64,000 nt of DNA from assembly GCA_009914755.4 (NCBI GenBank), contig CP068257.2:11264001-11328000 (forward strand). Reading direction: 5' to 3'. A model generated the notes under the pieces. The model made no database searches. It had not been told where the DNA came from and was given only the letters and a program-made list of their open reading frames with translations. This DNA is from the human T2T-CHM13v2.0 reference genome, Homo sapiens. The stretch's first letter is position 1, and each line of letters begins with the position of its first letter. Positions 1 to 13,087 of the stretch are shown piece after piece. The position numbers and the translations under genes were made by a program.

Positions 1-1867
1 ATGCTTCTGTCTATTTTTTATGGGAAGATATTTCCTTTTTCACCGTAGGCGTCAAGGCGATCGAAATGTCCACTTCCACAAACTACAAAAAGCGTGTTTC
101 AAACCTGCTCTATGAAAGGCCATGTTCATCTCTATGAGTTGAATGGAAATATCCGAAAGAAATTTCTGGGAATGCTGCTGTCTAGTGTTTATACGAATTC
201 CCGCTTCCAACGAAATCCTCAAAGCAATCCAAATATCCACTTGCAGAATCCACAAAAAGAGTGTTTCAAAACTGCTCTATCAATAGAAAGGTTCAACTCT
301 TTTAGTTGAGTACACACATCACGAACAAGTTTCTGAGAATGCTTCTGTCTGGCTTTTATTGGAAGACGTTTCCTTTTCACCAAAGGCATCAAAGCGCTCC
401 AAATGTCCACTTCCAGATTCTTCCAAAAGAGTGTTTCAAACGTGGTCGAAGTAAGGGAATGTTCAACTCTGTGACTTGAATGCAGATATCACCAAGTAGT
501 TTCTAATAGTGCTTCTGTCTACATTTTGATGATGATATTCCCGTTTCCAACGAAATCGTTAGAGCTATCCAAATATCCAGTTAGTTTCTACCAAAAGGGT
601 GTTTCCAAATTGCTGCATCAAAAGAAAGGTTCAACTCTGTTAGTTGAGGACACACATCACAAAGAAGTTTGTGAGAATGCTTCTGTCTAGATTTTGTATG
701 ACGATATTCCCTTTTCCAATGATATCGTTAAAGCAATCTAAATATCAATTTGCAGAATCCACAAAAATAGAGTTTCAAAGCTGCTCTGTAAAAAGAAAGG
801 TTCCACTCTGTTAGCTGAGTACACACATCACAAACTTGTTTCTGAGAATCCTTCTGTCTCGTTTTTATGGGAAGATATTTACTTTTTCACCGTAGGCATC
901 AAAGCGCTCCAAATGTCCACATCCAGATACTCCAGAACGAGTGTTTCAAACCTACTCTATGAAAGGGAATCTTCAACTCTATGAGTTGAATGCAGACATC
1001 AGAAAGAAATTTCTGAGAATGCTGCTGTCTACCTTTTATTTGAATTCCCGCTTCCAACGAAATCCTCCAAGCTATCCAAATATCCACTTGCATTTTCCAC
1101 AACAAGAGTGTTTCAAAACTGCTCTATCAATAGAAATGTTCAACTCCTTTGGCTGGGTACACACATCACAAACAAGTTTCTGAGAATGCTTCTGTCTAGT
1201 TTTTATGGGAAGACATTCCCTTTTTCACCAAAGGCATCAAAGCGCTCCAAATGTCCACTTCCAGACACTACAAAAAGAGTGTTTCAAACGTGCTCTAAGA
1301 AAGCGAATGTTCAACTCTGTGACTTGAATGCAGATATCACAAAGTAGTTTCTGAGAGTGCTTCTGTCTAGACTTTAGATGATGATATTCCCGTTTCCAAC
1401 GAAATCATTAGAGCTATCCAAATATCCACTTACAGTTTCTACAAAAAGAGTGTTTCCAAACTGCTGCATGAAAAGAGAGGTTCCACTCTGTTAGCTGAGT
1501 ACACACATCACAAACTTGTTTCTCAGAATCCGTCTGTCTCGTTTTTATGGGAAGATATTTACTTTTTCACCGTAGGCATCAAAGCGCTCCAAATGTCCAC
1601 ATCCAGATACTCCAGAAAGAGTGTTTCAAACCTGCTCTATGAAAGGGAATGTTCAACTCTATGAGTTGAATGCAGACATCAGAAAGAAATTTCTGAGAAT
1701 GCTGCTGTCTACCTTTTATTTGAATTCCCGCTTCCAACGAAATCCTCCAAGCTATCCAAATATCCACTTGCAGATTCCACAAAAAGAGTGTTTCAAAACT
1801 GCTCTCTATCAATGGCAAAGTTCAACTCTGTTAGTTGAGGACACATATCACCAACAAGTTTCTGAGA
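1..1867 (-). repeat. HOR copy 1 (1,867 bp; 3 bp shorter than the canonical unit)
   Basis: Aligns with 1868-3737. A 1-bp deletion near 520 (acattttgatgatg vs agattttagatgatg) and a 2-bp deletion near 590 (ccagttagtttcta vs ccagttacagtttcta). Confidence 0.8.
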
Positions 1868-1898
1868 ATGCTTCTGTCTATTTTTTATGGGAAGATAT

Positions 1899-1915
1899 TT
1901 CCTTTTTCACCGTAG
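1899..1915. promoter_or_regulatory. pJalpha-type motif (ttcctttttcaccgtag) in an A-type monomer (HOR monomer 1). It occupies the position where B-type monomers carry the CENP-B box.
   Basis: Matches TTCCTTTTYCACCRTAG. Variants of it (ttccttttcaccaaagg, tttacttttccaccgtag) sit at the same position in monomers 3, 6, 8 and 10. Confidence 0.5.
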
Positions 1916-2065
1916 GCGTCAAGGCGATCGAAATGTCCACTTCCACAAACTACAAAAAGAGTGTTTCAAACCTGCTCTATGAAAGGCCATGTTCATCTCT
2001 ATGAGTTGAATGGAAATATCCGAAAAAAATTTCTGGGAATGCTGCTGTCTAGTTTTTATATGAAT

Positions 2066-2082
2066 TCCCGCTTCCAACGAAA
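2066..2082 (-). promoter_or_regulatory. CENP-B box (reverse complement: tcccgcttccaacgaaa), HOR monomer 2
   Basis: Matches nCCCGnnTnnnnCGAAn, the reverse complement of the essential core nTTCGnnnnAnnCGGGn. Recurs in every canonical HOR copy at +1870. Confidence 0.7.
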
Positions 2083-2406
2083 TCCTCAAAGCAATCCAAA
2101 TATCCACTTGCAGAATCCACAAAAAGAGTGTTTCAAAACTGCTCTATCAATAGAAAGGTTCAACTCTTTTAGTTGAGTACACACATCACAAACAAGTTTC
2201 TGAGAATGCTTCTGTCTGGCTTTTATTGGAAGACGTTTCCTTTTCACCAAAGGCATCAAAGCGCTCCAAATGTCCACTTCCAGATTCTTCCAAAAGAGTG
2301 TTTCAAACGTGGTCGAAGTAAGGGAATGTTCTACTCTGTGACTTGAATGCAGATATCACCAAGTAGTTTCTAATAGTGCTTCTGTCTAGATTTTAGATGA
2401 TGATAT

Positions 2407-2423
2407 TCCCGTTTCCAACGAAA
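2407..2423 (-). promoter_or_regulatory. CENP-B box (tcccgtttccaacgaaa), HOR monomer 4
   Basis: Exact reverse complement of the canonical TTTCGTTGGAAACGGGA. Confidence 0.75.
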
Positions 2424-2915
2424 TCGTTAGAGCTATCCAAATATCCAGTTACAGTTTCTACCAAAAGGGTGTTTCCAAATTGCTGCATCAAAAGAAAGGT
2501 TCAACTCTGTTAGTTGAGGACACACATCACAAAGAAGTTTGTGAGAATGCTTCTGTCTAGATTTTGTATGACGATATTCCCTTTTCCAACGATATCGTTA
2601 AAGCAATCTAAATATCAATTTGCAGAATCCACAAAAATAGAGTTTCAAAGCTGCTCTGTAAAAAGAAAGGTTCCACTCTGTTAGCTGAGTACACACATCA
2701 CAAACTTGTTTCTGAGAATCCTTCTGTCTCGTTTTTATGGGAAGATATTTACTTTTCCACCGTAGGCATCAAAGCGCTCCAAATGTCCACATCCAGATAC
2801 TCCAGAAAGAGTGTTTCAAACCTGCTCTATGAAAGGGAATCTTCAACTCTATGAGTTGAATGCAGACATCAGAAAGAAATTTCTGAGAATGCTGCTGTCT
2901 ACCTTTTATTTGAAT

Positions 2916-2932
2916 TCCCGCTTCCAACGAAA
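2916..2932 (-). promoter_or_regulatory. CENP-B box (tcccgcttccaacgaaa), HOR monomer 7
   Basis: The essential core positions are intact. Confidence 0.7.
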
Positions 2933-3257
2933 TCCTCCAAGCTATCCAAATATCCACTTGCATTTTCCACAAAAAGAGTGTTTCAAAACTGCTCTATCAA
3001 TAGAAATGTTCAACTCCTTTGGCTGGGTACACACATCACAAACAAGTTTCTGAGAATGCTTCTGTCTAGTTTTTATGGGAAGACATTCCCTTTTTCACCA
3101 AAGGCATCAAAGCGCTCCAAATGTCCACTTCCAGACACTACAAAAAGAGTGTTTCAAACGTGCTCTAAGAAAGCGAATGTTCAACTCTGTGACTTGAATG
3201 CAGATATCACAAAGTAGTTTCTGAGAGGGCTTCTGTCTAGATTTTAGATGATGATAT

Positions 3258-3274
3258 TCCCGTTTCCAACGAAA
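3258..3274 (-). promoter_or_regulatory. CENP-B box (tcccgtttccaacgaaa), HOR monomer 9
   Basis: Exact reverse complement of the canonical box. Confidence 0.75.
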
Positions 3275-3595
3275 TCATTAGAGCTATACAAATATCCACT
3301 TACTGTTTCTACAAAAAGAGTGTTTCCAAACTGCTGCATCAAAAGAGAGGTTCCACTCTGTTAGCTGAGTACACACATCACAAACTTGTTTCTCAGAATC
3401 CTTCTGTCTCGTTTTTATGGGAAGATATTTACTTTTTCACCGTAGGCATCAAAGCGCTCCAAATGTCCACATCCAGATACTCCAGAAAGAGTGTTTCAAA
3501 CCTGCTCTATGAAAGGGAATCTTCAACTCTATGAGTTGAATGCAGACATCAGAAAGAAATTTCTGAGAATGCTGCTGTCTACCTTTTATTTGAAT

Positions 3596-3612
3596 TCCCG
3601 CTTCCAACGAAA
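3596..3612 (-). promoter_or_regulatory. CENP-B box (tcccgcttccaacgaaa), HOR monomer 11
   Basis: The essential core is intact. Box spacing within the HOR is 341/509/342/338/340 bp, i.e. every other monomer apart from one 3-monomer gap. Confidence 0.7.
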
Positions 3613-3737
3613 TCCTCCAAGCTATCCAAATATCCACTTGCAGATTCCACAAAAAGAGTGTTTCAAAACTGCTCTCTATCAATGGCAAAGTTCAACTCTG
3701 TTAGTTGAGGACACATATCACCAACAAGTTTCTGAGA

Positions 3738-5607
3738 ATGCTTCTGTCTATTTTTTATGGGAAGATATTTCCTTTTTCACCGTAGGCGTCAAGGCGATCG
3801 AAATGTCCACTTCCACAAACTACAAAAAGAGTGTTTCAAACCTGCTCTATGAAAGGCCATGTTCATCTCTATGAGTTGAATGGAAATATCCGAAAAAAAT
3901 TTCTGGGAATGCTGCTGTCTAGTTTTTATATGAATTCCCGCTTCCAACGAAATCCTCAAAGCAATCCAAATATCCACTTGCAGAATCCACAAAAAGAGTG
4001 TTTCAAAACTGCTCTATCAATAGAAAGGTTCAACTCTTTTAGTTGAGTACACACATCACGAACAAGTTTCTGAGAATGCTTCTGTCTGGCTTTTATTGGA
4101 AGACGTTTCCTTTTCACCAAAGGCATCAAAGCGCTCCAAATGTCCACTTCCAGATTCTTCCAAAAGAGTGTTTCAAACGTGCTCGAAGTAAGGGAATGTT
4201 CTACTCTGTGACTTGAATGCAGATATCACCAAGTAGTTTCTAATAGTGCTTCTGTCTAGATTTTAGATGATGATATTCCCGTTTCCAACGAAATCGTTAG
4301 AGCTATCCAAATATCCAGTTACAGTTTCTACCAAAAGGGTGTTTCCAAATTGCTGCATCAAAAGAAAGGTTCAACTCTGTTAGTTGAGGACACACATCAC
4401 AAAGAAGTTTGTGAGAATGCTTCTGTCTAGATTTTGTATGACGATATTCCCTTTTCCAACGATATCGTTAAAGCAATCTAAATATCAATTTGCAGAATCC
4501 ACAAAAATAGAGTTTCAAAGCTGCTCTGTAAAAAGAAAGGTTCCACTCTGTTAGCTGAGTACACACATCACAAACTTGTTTCTGAGAATCCTTCTGTCTC
4601 GTTTTTATGGGAAGATATTTACTTTTCCACCGTAGGCATCAAAGCGCTCCAAATGTCCACATCCAGATACTCCAGAACGAGTGTTTCAAACCTGCTCTAT
4701 GAAAGGGAATCTTCAACTCTATGAGTTGAATGCAGACATCAGAAAGAAATTTCTGAGAATGCTGCTGTCTACCTTTTATTTGAATTCCCGCTTCCAACGA
4801 AATCCTCCAAGCTATCCAAATATCCACTTGCATTTTCCACAAAAAGAGTGTTTCAAAACTGCTCTATCAATAGAAATGTTCAACTCCTTTGGCTGGGTAC
4901 ACACATCACAAACAAGTTTCTGAGAATGCTTCTGTCTAGTTTTTATGGGAAGACGTTCCCTTTTTCACCAAAGGCATCAAAGCGCTCCAAATGTCCACTT
5001 CCAGACACTACAAAAAGAGTGTTTCCAACGTGCTCTAAGAAAGCGAATGTTCAACTCTGTGACTTGAATGCAGATATCACAAAGTAGTTTCTGAGAGGGC
5101 TTCTGTCTAGATTTTAGATGATGATATTCCCGTTTCCAACGAAATCATTAGAGCTATCCAAATATCCACTTACAGTTTCTACAAAAAGAGTGTTTCCAAA
5201 CTGCTGCATCAAAAGAGAGGTTCCACTCTGTTAGCTGAGTACACACATCACAAACTTGTTTCTCAGAATCCTTCTGTCTCGTTTTTATGGGAAGATATTT
5301 ACTTTTTCACCGTAGGCATCAAAGCGCTCCAAATGTCCACATCCAGATACTCCAGAAAGAGTGTTTCAAACCTGCTCTATGAAAGGGAATCTTCAACTCT
5401 ATGAGTTGAATGCAGACATCAGAAAGAAATTTCTGAGAATGCTGCTGTCTACCTTTTATTTGAATTCCCGCTTCCAACGAAATCCTCCAAGCTATCCAAA
5501 TATCCACTTGCAGATTCCACAAAAAGAGTGTTTCAAAACTGCTCTCTATCAATGGCAAAGTTCAACTCTGTTAGTTGAGGACACATATCACCAACAAGTT
5601 TCTGAGA
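3738..5607 (-). repeat. HOR copy 3 (1,870 bp), near-identical to copy 2
   Basis: The ORF set is identical to copy 2 apart from single substitutions. Confidence 0.8.
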
Positions 5608-7477
5608 ATGCTTCTGTCTATTTTTTATGGGAAGATATTTCCTTTATCACCGTAGGCGTCAAGGCGATCGAAATGTCCACTTCCACAAACTACAAAAAGA
5701 GTGTTTCAAACCTGCTCTATGAAAGGCCATGTTCATCTCTATGAGTTGAATGGAAATATCCGAAAGAAATTTCTGGGAATGCTGCTGTCTAGTGTTTATA
5801 CGAATTCCCGCTTCCAACGAAATCCTCAAAGCAATCCAAATATCCACTTGCAGAATCCACAAAAAGAGTGTTTCAAAACCGCTCTATCAATAGAAAGGTT
5901 CAACTCTTTTAGTTGAGTACACACATCACGAACAAGTTTCTGAGAATGCTTCTGTCTGGCTTTTATTGGAAGACGTTTCCTTTTCACCAAAGGCATCAAA
6001 GCGCTCCAAATGTCCACTTCCAGATTCTTCCAAAAGAGTGTTTCAAACGTGCTCGAAGTAAGGGAATGTTCATCTCTGTGACTTGAATGCAGATATCACC
6101 AAGTAGTTTCTAATAGTGCTTCTGTCTAGATTTTAGATGATGATATTCCCGTTTCCAACGAAATCGTTAGATCTATCCAAATATCCAGTTACAGTTTCTA
6201 CCAAAAGGGTGTTTCCAAATTGCTGCATCAAAAGAAAGGTTCAACTCTGTTAGTTGAGGACACACATCACAAAGAAGTTTGTGAGAATGCTTCTGTCTAG
6301 ATTTTGTATGATGATATTCCCTTTTCCAACGATATCGTTAAAGCAATCTAAATATCAATTTGCAGAATCCACAAAAATAGAGTTTCAAAGCTGCTCTGTA
6401 AAAAGAAAGGTTCCACTCTGTTAGCTGAGTACACACATCACAAACTTGTTTCTGAGAATCCTTCTGTCTCGTTTTTATGGGAAGATATTTACTTTTCCAC
6501 CGTAGGCATCAAAGCGCTCCAAATGTCCACATCCAGATACTCCAGAACGAGTGTTTCAAACCTGCTCTATGAAAGGGAATCTTCAACTCTATGAGTTGAA
6601 TGCAGACATCAGAAAGAAATTTCTGAGAATGCTGCTGTCTACCTTTTATTTGAATTCCCGCTTCCAACGAAATCCTCCAAGCTATCCAAATATCCACTTG
6701 CATTTTCCACAAAAAGAGTGTTTCAAAACTGCTCTATCAATAGAAATGTTCAACTCCTTTGGCTGGGTACACACATCACAAACAAGTTTCTGAGAATGCT
6801 TCTGTCTAGTTTTTATGGGAAGACGTTCCCTTTTTCACCAAAGGCATCAAAGCGCTCCAAATGTCCACTTCCAGACACTACAAAAAGAGTGTTTCCAACG
6901 TGCTCTAAGAAAGCGAATGTTCAACTCTGTGACTTGAATGCAGATATCACAAAGTAGTTTCTGAGAGGGCTTCTGTCTAGATTTTAGATGATGATATTCC
7001 CGTTTCCAACGAAATCATTAGAGCTATCCAAATATCCACTTACAGTTTCTACAAAAAGAGTGTTTCCAAACTGCTGCATCAAAAGAGAGGTTCCACTCTG
7101 TTAGCTGAGTACACACATCACAAACTTGTTTCTCAGAATCCTTCTGTCTCGTTTTTATGGGAAGATATTTACTTTTTCACCGTAGGCATCAAAGCGCTCC
7201 AAATGTCCACATCCAGATACTCCAGAAAGAGTGTTTCAAACCTGCTCTATGAAAGGGAATCTTCAACTCTATGAGTTGAATGCAGACATCAGAAAGAAAT
7301 TTCTGAGAATGCTGCTGTCTACCTTTTATTTGAATTCCCGCTTCCAACGAAATCCTCCAAGCTATCCAAATATCCACTTGCAGATTCCACAAAAAGAGTG
7401 TTTCAAAACTGCTCTCTATCAATGGCAAAGTTCAACTCTGTTAGTTGAGGACACATATCACCAACAAGTTTCTGAGA
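5608..7477 (-). repeat. HOR copy 4 (1,870 bp); shares private variants with copy 8
   Basis: Private variants tttcaaaaccgctc (5871), gaatgttcatctctgtg (6061), cgttagatctatcc (6171), gtatgatgatattccc (6301) and FITVGV recur only in copy 8, at +7,480. Confidence 0.8.
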
Positions 7478-9347
7478 ATGCTTCTGTCTATTTTTTATGG
7501 GAAGATATTTCCTTTTTCACCGTAGGCGTCAAGGCGATCGAAATGTCCACTTCCACAAACTACAAAAAGAGTGTTTCAAACCTGCTCTATGAAAGGCCAT
7601 GTTCATCTCTATGAGTTGAATGGAAATATCCGAAAGAAATTTCTGGGAATGCTGCTGTCTAGTGTTTATACGAATTTCCGCTTCCAACGAAATCCTCAAA
7701 GCAATCCAAATATCCACTTGCAGAATCCACAAAAAGAGTGTTTCAAAACTGCTCTATCAATAGAAAGGTTCAACTCTTTTAGTTGAGTACACACATCACG
7801 AACAAGTTTCTGAGAATGCTTCTGTCTGGCTTTTATTGGAAGACGTTTCCTTTTCACCAAAGGCATCAAAGCGCTCCAAATGTCCACTTCCAGATTCTTC
7901 CAAAAGAGTGTTTCAAACGTGCTCAAAGTAAGGGAATGTTCAACTCTGTGACTTGAATGCAGATATCACCAAGTAGTTTCTAATAGTGCTTCTGTCTACA
8001 TTTTAGATGATGATATTCCCGTTTCAAACGAAATCGTTAGAGCTATCCAAATATCCAGTTACAGTTTCTACCAAAAGGGTGTTTCCAAATTGCTGCATCA
8101 AAAGAAAGGTTCAACTCTGTTAGTTGAGGACACACATCACAAAGAAGTTTGTGAGAATGCTTCTGTCTAGATTTTGTATGACGATATTCCCTTTTCCAAC
8201 GATATCGTTAAAGCAATCTAAATATCAATTTGCAGAATCCACAAAAATAGAGTTTCAAAGCTGCTCTGTAAAAAGAAAGGTTCCACTCTGTTAGCTGAGT
8301 ACACACATCACAAACTTGTTTCTCAGAATCCTTCTGTCTCGTTTTTATGGGAAGATATTTACTTTTCCACCGTAGGCATCAAAGCGCTCCAAATGTCCAC
8401 ATCCAGATACTCCAGAAAGAGTGTTTCAAACCTGCTCTATGAAAGGGAATGTTCAACTCTATGAGTTGAATGCAGACATCAGAAAGAAATTTCTGAGAAT
8501 GCTGCTGTCTACCTTTTATTTGAATTCCCGCTTCCAACGAAATCCTCCAAGCTATCCAAATATCCACTTGCATTTTCCACAAAAAGAGTGTTTCAAAACT
8601 GCTCTATCAATAGAAATGTTCAACTCCTTTAGCTGGGTACACACATCACAAACAAGTTTCTGAGAATGCTTCTGTCTAGTTTTTATGGGAAGACGTTCCC
8701 TTTTTCACCAAAGGCATCAAAGCGCTCCAAATGTCCACTTCAAGACACTACAAAAAGAGTGTTTCCAACGTGCTCTAAGAAAGCGAATGTTCAACTCTGT
8801 GACTTGAATGCAGATATCACAAAGTAGTTTCTGAGAGGGCTTCTGTCTAGATTTTAGATGATGATATTCCCGTTTCCAACGAAATCATTAGAGCTATCCA
8901 AATATCCACTTACAGTTTCTACAAAAAGAGTGTTTCCAAACTGCTGCATCAAAAGAGAGGTTCCACTCTGTTAGCTGAGTACACACATCACAAACTTGTT
9001 TCTCAGAATCCTTCTGTCTCGTTTTTATGGGAAGATATTTACTTTTTCACCGTAGGCATCAAAGCGCTCCAAATGTCCACATCCAGATACTCCAGAAAGA
9101 GTGTTTCAAACCTGCTCTATGAAAGGGAATCTTCAACTCTATGAGTTGAATGCAGACATCAGAAAGAAATTTCTGAGAATGCTGCTGTCTACCTTTTATT
9201 TGAATTCCCGCTTCCAACGAAATCCTCCAAGCTATCCAAATATCCACTTGCAGATTCCACAAAAAGAGTGTTTCAAAACTGCTCTCTATCAATGGCAAAG
9301 TTCAACTCTGTTAGTTGAGGACACATATCACCAACAAGTTTCTGAGA
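7478..9347 (-). repeat. HOR copy 5 (1,870 bp); same variant type as copies 9 and 11
   Basis: EAEIRINT, NFRFQ, GNVQLYEL, LIELNIPF, caagacacta and the 76-aa ORF form MSTFETLFWKNLEVDIW. Confidence 0.8.
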
Positions 9348-11217
9348 ATGCTTCTGTCTATTTTTTATGGGAAGATATTTCCTTTTTCACCGTAGGCGTC
9401 AAGGCGATCGAAATGTCCACTTCCACAAACTACAAAAAGAGTGTTTCAAACCTGCTCTATGAAAGGCCATGTTCATCTCTATGAGTTGAATGGAAATATC
9501 CGAAAGAAATTTCTGGGAATGCTGCTGTCTAGTGTTTATACGAATTCCCACTTCCAACGAAATCCTCAAAGCAATCCAAATATCCACTTGCAGAATCCAC
9601 AAAAAGAGTGTTTCAAAACTGCTCTATCAATAGAAAGGTTCAACTCTTTTAGTTGAGTACACACATCACGAACAAGTTTCTGAGAATGCTTCTGTCTGGC
9701 TTTTATTGGAAGACGTTTCCTTTTCACCAAAGGCATCAAAGCGCTCCAAATGTCCACTTCCAGATTCTTCCAAAAGAGTGTTTCAAACGTGCTCAAAGTA
9801 AGGGAATGTTCAACTCTGTGACTTGAATGCAGATATCACCAAGTAGTTTCTAATAGTGCTTCTGTCTAGATTTTAGATGATGATATTCCCGTTTCCAACG
9901 AAATCGTTAGAGCTATCCAAATATCCACTTACAGTTTCTACAAAAAGAGTGTTTCCAAACTGCTGCATCAAAAGAAAGGTTCAACTCTGTTAGTTGAGGA
10001 CACACATCACAAAGAAGTTTGTGAGAATGCTTCTGTCTAGATTTTGTATGACGATATTCCCTTTTCCAACGATATCGTTAAAGCAATCTAAATATCAATT
10101 TGCAGAATCCACAAAAATAGAGTTTCAAAGCTGCTCTGTAAAAAGAAAGGTTCCACTCTGTTAGCTGAGTACACACATCACAAACTTGTTTCTCAGAATC
10201 CTTCTGTCTCGTTTTTATGGGAAGATATTTACTTTTCCACCGTAGGCATCAAAGCGCTCCAAATGTCCACATCCAGATACTCCAGAACGAGTGTTTCAAA
10301 CCTGCTCTATGAAAGGGAATCTTCAACTCTATGAGTTGAATGCAGACATCAGAAAGAAATTTCTGAGAATGCTGCTGTCTACCTTTTATTTGAATTCCCG
10401 CTTCCAACGAAATCCTCCAAGCTATCCAAATATCCACTTGCATTTTCCACAAAAAGAGTGTTTCAAAACTGCTCTATCAATAGAAATGTTCAACTCCTTT
10501 GGCTGGGTACACACATCACAAACAAGTTTCTGAGAATGCTTCTGTCTAGTTTTTATGGGAAGACGTTCCCTTTTTCACCAAAGGCATCAAAGCGCTCCAA
10601 ATGTCCACTTCCAGACACTACAAAAAGAGTGTTTCCAACGTGCTCTAAGAAAGCGAATGTTCAACTCTGTGACTTGAATGCAGATATCACAAAGTAGTTT
10701 CTGAGAGGGCTTCTGTCTAGATTTTAGATGATGATATTCCCGTTTCCAACGAAATCATTAGAGCTATCCAAATATCCACTTACAGTTTCTACAAAAAGAG
10801 TGTTTCCAAACTGCTGCATCAAAAGAGAGGTTCCACTCTGTTAGCTGAGTACACACATCACAAACTTGTTTCTCAGAATCCTTCTGTCTCGTTTTTATGG
10901 GAAGATATTTACTTTTTCACCGTAGGCATCAAAGCGCTCCAAATGTCCACATCCAGATACTCCAGAAAGAGTGTTTCAAACCTGCTCTATGAAAGGGAAT
11001 CTTCAACTCTATGAGTTGAATGCAGACATCAGAAAGAAATTTCTGAGAATGCTGCTGTCTACCTTTTATTTGAATTCCCGCTTCCAACGAAATCCTCCAA
11101 GCTATCCAAATATCCACTTGCAGATTCCACAAAAAGAGTGTTTCAAAACTGCTCTCTATCAATGGCAAAGTTCAACTCTGTTAGTTGAGGACACATATCA
11201 CCAACAAGTTTCTGAGA
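9348..11217 (-). repeat. HOR copy 6 (1,870 bp); same variant type as copies 10 and 12
   Basis: EVGIRINT and NSHFQ variants are shared with 16879/16921 and 20617/20659. Confidence 0.8.
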
Positions 11218-13087
11218 ATGCTTCTGTCTATTTTTTATGGGAAGATATTTCCTTTTTCACCGTAGGCGTCAAGGCGATCGAAATGTCCACTTCCACAAAC
11301 TACAAAAAGAGTGTTTCAAACCTGCTCTATGAAAGGCCATGTTCATCTCTATGAGTTGAATGGAAATATCCGAAAAAAATTTCTGGGAATGCTGCTGTCT
11401 AGTTTTTATATGAATTCCCGCTTCCAACGAAATCCTCAAAGCAATCCAAATATCCACTTGCAGAATCCACAAAAAGAGTGTTTCAAAACTGCTCTATCAA
11501 TAGAAAGGTTCAACTCTTTTAGTTGAGTACACACATCACGAACAAGTTTCTGAGAATGCTTCTGTCTGGCTTTTATTGGAAGACGTTTCCTTTTCACCAA
11601 AGGCATCAAAGCGCTCCAAATGTCCACTTCCAGATTCTTCCAAAAGAGTGTTTCAAACGTGCTCGAAGTAAGGGAATGTTCTACTCTGTGACTTGAATGC
11701 AGATATCACCAAGTAGTTTCTAATAGTGCTTCTGTCTAGATTTTAGATGATGATATTCCCGTTTCCAACGAAATCGTTAGAGCTATCCAAATATCCAGTT
11801 ACAGTTTCTACCAAAAGGGTGTTTCCAAATTGCTGCATCAAAAGAAAGGTTCAACTCTGTTAGTTGAGGACACACATCACAAAGAAGTTTGTGAGAATGC
11901 TTCTGTCTAGATTTTGTATGACGATATTCCCTTTTCCAACGATATCGTTAAAGCAATCTAAATATCAATTTGCAGAATCCACAAAAATAGAGTTTCAAAG
12001 CTGCTCTGTAAAAAGAAAGGTTCCACTCTGTTAGCTGAGTACACACATCACAAACTTGTTTCTGAGAATCCTTCTGTCTCGTTTTTATGGGAAGATATTT
12101 ACTTTTCCACCGTAGGCATCAAAGCGCTCCAAATGTCCACATCCAGATACTCCAGAACGAGTGTTTCAAACCTGCTCTATGAAAGGGAATCTTCAACTCT
12201 ATGAGTTGAATGCAGACATCAGAAAGAAATTTCTGAGAATGCTGCTGTCTACCTTTTATTTGAATTCCCGCTTCCAACGAAATCCTCCAAGCTATCCAAA
12301 TATCCACTTGCATTTTCCACAAAAAGAGTGTTTCAAAACTGCTCTATCAATAGAAATGTTCAACTCCTTTGGCTGGGTACACACATCACAAACAAGTTTC
12401 TGAGAATGCTTCTGTCTAGTTTTTATGGGAAGACGTTCCCTTTTTCACCAAAGGCATCAAAGCGCTCCAAATGTCCACTTCCAGACACTACAAAAAGAGT
12501 GTTTCCAACGTGCTCTAAGAAAGCGAATGTTCAACTCTGTGACTTGAATGCAGATATCACAAAGTAGTTTCTGAGAGGGCTTCTGTCTAGATTTTAGATG
12601 ATGATATTCCCGTTTCCAACGAAATCATTAGAGCTATCCAAATATCCACTTACAGTTTCTACAAAAAGAGTGTTTCCAAACTGCTGCATCAAAAGAGAGG
12701 TTCCACTCTGTTAGCTGAGTACACACATCACAAACTTGTTTCTCAGAATCCTTCTGTCTCGTTTTTATGGGAAGATATTTACTTTTTCACCGTAGGCATC
12801 AAAGCGCTCCAAATGTCCACATCCAGATACTCCAGAAAGAGTGTTTCAAACCTGCTCTATGAAAGGGAATCTTCAACTCTATGAGTTGAATGCAGACATC
12901 AGAAAGAAATTTCTGAGAATGCTGCTGTCTACCTTTTATTTGAATTCCCGCTTCCAACGAAATCCTCCAAGCTATCCAAATATCCACTTGCAGATTCCAC
13001 AAAAAGAGTGTTTCAAAACTGCTCTCTATCAATGGCAAAGTTCAACTCTGTTAGTTGAGGACACATATCACCAACAAGTTTCTGAGA
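11218..13087 (-). repeat. HOR copy 7 (1,870 bp); copy-2/3 type
   Basis: EAGIHIKTRQQHSQKFFSD and SSFYMNSRFQ are identical to copies 2 and 3. Confidence 0.8.

Larger units (their letters stand above)
1868..3737 (-). repeat. HOR copy 2 (1,870 bp)
   Basis: Register markers at +51/+94/+218/+901/+1110/+1581. Shares the SSFYMN / EAGIHIKT variant set with copies 3 and 7. Confidence 0.8.
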
